A stretch of 64,000 bases of DNA, taken from positions 4,297,454 to 4,361,453 of the forward strand of contig NW_002060946.1 of assembly GCF_000150275.1 (NCBI RefSeq), in the 5' to 3' direction. The notes below the pieces were generated by a model, which did no database searches, was not told the DNA's origin, and saw only the letters and a program-made list of their open reading frames with translations. This document shows positions 61,049-64,000 of this stretch, one piece after another. Both the position numbers and the translations under genes were made by a program. The stretch comes from Trichoplax adhaerens. Its lineage: Eukaryota; Animalia; Placozoa. Position 1 is the first letter of the stretch. The number at the start of each line of letters is the position of its first letter.

Positions 61049-62486
61049 TGTCAACTTTTTCGATTCAATTCTGTCTATATATACTATATACTTAAGACAT
61101 ATGACAACATTTGTCAATCAGCCTTTTAAATTCTATCCAGACAATGACCTTCGGAGAAATCATACGATTTGCGTTGCAGTGCAAGTTACGGCTATAGCTA
61201 TAACAATTACTGAGGACGCTGATGCTAGAAATAATCGGCTCTAAAATCGGTGTGCTTGTGTGCGCAGTTGATTTATTTGAATTTTGAATAAAACAGTCTT
61301 ACCGTAAAATAATGAAACACTTAGATCACTATCAGTATTGTAGTATATTTAATACTTATGAATATAATTATCGACACAATGTTGTATATCAGATCTTTAC
61401 TTTAGTTATAAACACTCACGCGCATTTGCTCATATTTCATTAATTCAGTTTATTGATTAACGGCTTTTTTATCATGCATTGCTAATTATGACCTTATTGA
61501 ATGATTATTCTCGACGTGCCATGCTGGTACGTATTGTCACTTATATACGTATGTATAATTCATGTAATCTATTATATATGTTAAGATGACTTATGATCAT
61601 GATATAACAGAAAGCTGTGGTTTATCGTCACGAATTGTCATCCATTCGTGCGTATTCATTCATTAGAACATAATTGCTAATACGAAAAGAAACTACATGG
61701 TTAAGATACTTGTTTCAAGTATAACTACGAATGCGAATAAGCTCATGAAATACGTACTTAATATTTTTCATTCTGTCTTAAATAACAAATGCACGGACTG
61801 GAAAAGTGATATTCTTCTTTTGCGAATGTCAACTGAGGATTTATATTTATGAAATAAATTTTTTAAGATTGTCTTTGCAAGCCTAATTTTGTAGCTTTAG
61901 TATGATTCGAGAAATTTCTCAACGCTTAAATGATATTAATAGGCTACATAAAATGGTACTCGTAAAATTGTCTTCATGGAATGCTAAACAGCTTTATTAC
62001 AATTACAACTGAAAAGAAGTTTAAATCATGTTATTCGGACGAAATACATTTCTATTGTACATTAACTTTAAACATAGATGTCGTATGAGATCGTACCAAC
62101 AAGTTATCTCTATAGGGTAAAGCAGAGAATACATTACAGACTACATTAAAATATAGTACAGTTATAACGAATTGCAGTATTTACAATACGTAACATATTA
62201 CGCTATTTGCGGCGTTTTAGATCGAAAAAAGATTAGAATTCTACCAGTCCTGCCCAAGAAATAGAGCACTGGCACTGATAACTGAAAAGGCATAAGTTAC
62301 ATACGCGCATACGTCTATACTTGTACGACTGTTGCAGATCCAAATGCGATAGGCAAATCAGCCTATTTTTATTAGTTACTAACTGCAAGTGGTATCTTGA
62401 ATGAATAGTTTGTATATGATTCATTGTCGTCAAATAACGAAATTAGTATAGTAAATTGATATTTTGGGGATATACAATGGCCATGT

Positions 62487-63973
62487 TTACTGACTGTCTC
62501 GATATTCCAGGTACGCTTCCATTTCTTTAGGAAAAACCTTAGCTAAACCTTCGCAAAGGGTAGTTTTAAAATTCTAGACGTATCAATGGAATAGTTATGA
62601 TAAGAACAGGGATTTATAATAAAGGCACAAATACAATACCATGACAATGTTCAAATCTATTTTAAGAATATCAAAACTAATTACTGTACCTTGTAAGCAT
62701 CAACTTTACCCTTCATCTCTTGATTCATCATGACAACCTTATCTAAACAGGCTTTGGTATACAGCTCGGGATTTCTTCCTTCATCTATGTAGCTGTTAGG
62801 TTAAGAGATGAGAATTTAACCATTGATTAGTTTATTAAAACATACTCATTTGTTAAACAAGTAAAATTGAACCGTGATTGTACTCTTGCTTACAATTAAT
62901 GCAAAAACTTGTTAACTCACACAAGTCGCAACTAGCGTATATCTTAGATTATACTGTATCGTACAAGTGACCGATATTAATCACTAATCTGAAATGTACT
63001 TTGGGGTAGAATAACTTGCGGTTAATGCTGAACAATTCTTTCATCAAGAAGATGGCCTATCAATGTCTTACCTGAACACCTCTAAAGGAACTTCAATATC
63101 ATCAAACTTTTCTTTCATATCGTTAATTTCGCGTAAATTGGTAATTAATCCACGACTAAAGATGCAATGACAAAGCAATTACATACGATCTGTAACAATT
63201 TCCACGATCATTCAATACTGTTCATAATAAGATAAAATAGAAAATTTGCTGCTTCAGAGACGCTGAAGTAGAAAGCTATTTTAAAACTTGTTATAGCGTT
63301 CCTTTTGCTATCCTATTCAGCCGTATGTTGATCGTTGTATAATAAAAGTAAATTATTGTCATAGTTTTACGTAGGTCTAGACGTATGTTAAAGTTAACCA
63401 ATAGAATGTTAAATTGTCCAATGTCGTACAGCAAAGATCGTTTAACTTTGAATACTGAATTACTGTTTCAATTTGGGTTATAGCCACAGTCGAGTGCGTA
63501 AACCATATCGGGTATGATCGACTTCATTAAATAATGCATCGCGATCAATCCTCTAGTCTACTGTAGCCTTAAGATCAGCTGCGTACGATCACCATTACAT
63601 CATGTTTGATTACTATTACGTTAAAGAAGACCTTAAAATGAAACTTCAATGTCAACTCTACATACAGTATTATACAATATACAGCAGCAGCTATTCTTAA
63701 AAACGAAATGTTGACACACTATTGACATCTTTTTGCTCCACATTACACTGAGTACAGTACAGTACCGTAGTATTGAGCTCAAGATTTGTTTCAAAGAATT
63801 AGCTAATTTTAAATCACGGAAAAGTAACATTACAGTTTATCATTTAGAACTTTTTGACTTGTAGCTTGAAAATCACTAGCGATAATTCCGACTTGACGCG
63901 AAGTTTCGCATAATTGTTCAATTTGTTGTTGCAAGGTTTTTAGTGAATCAATATCAGAATCGTTTTCAGCCAT
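62487..63973 (-). CDS. MED10: Mediator subunit 10 (4 exons, ~137 aa)
   Basis: Not in the ORF track. Exons 63834-63973, 63072-63155, 62690-62792, 62487-62573. RQVGIIASDFQ, IEVPLEVFSYIDEGRNPELYTK, KGKVDAYKNFK, LAKVFPKEM. Confidence 0.95.
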
Positions 63974-63990
63974 GTTTTCGGTTATTAATT

Positions 63991-64000
63991 TGCGCATGCG
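63991..64000. promoter_or_regulatory. NRF1-like GCGCATGCG element just upstream of the MED10 ATG (truncated by window edge)
   Basis: TGCGCATGCG matches the NRF1 consensus YGCGCAYGCGCR as far as the window extends; such CpG-rich words are rare in this AT-rich sequence. Confidence 0.45.

Overview
AT-rich, gene-dense eukaryotic DNA with short GT-AG introns. Gene content, compactness and (TACTG/CAGTA)n islands at gene starts are most consistent with an early-branching animal, probably a placozoan such as Trichoplax (inference). Twelve spliced genes were reconstructed by hand, with exon phases closing to a stop codon: ZCCHC14/ZCCHC2-like (-), single-domain rhodanese (+), DNAJA2 (-), MPHOSPH6 (+), TMEM64 (-), METTL9 (+), CFAP90/C5orf49 (-), a DEF8-like gene with two extra N-terminal RUN domains (-), a WW-domain Cwc2-type splicing factor (+), NCOA5-like (-, 5' exons unresolved), CNEP1R1 (+, one U12-type intron) and MED10 (-). 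An ~8 kb gene-free stretch (22.6-30.9 kb) holds a probable decayed TPR/death-domain gene and a ~2 kb composite tandem repeat. The most notable observations are the RUN-RUN-DEF8 architecture, a fungal/protist-type Cwc2 with a WW domain in an animal-like genome, and a multi-hairpin GC-rich island in DNAJA2 intron 1. Family assignments come from recalled protein motifs; no search or folding program was run.
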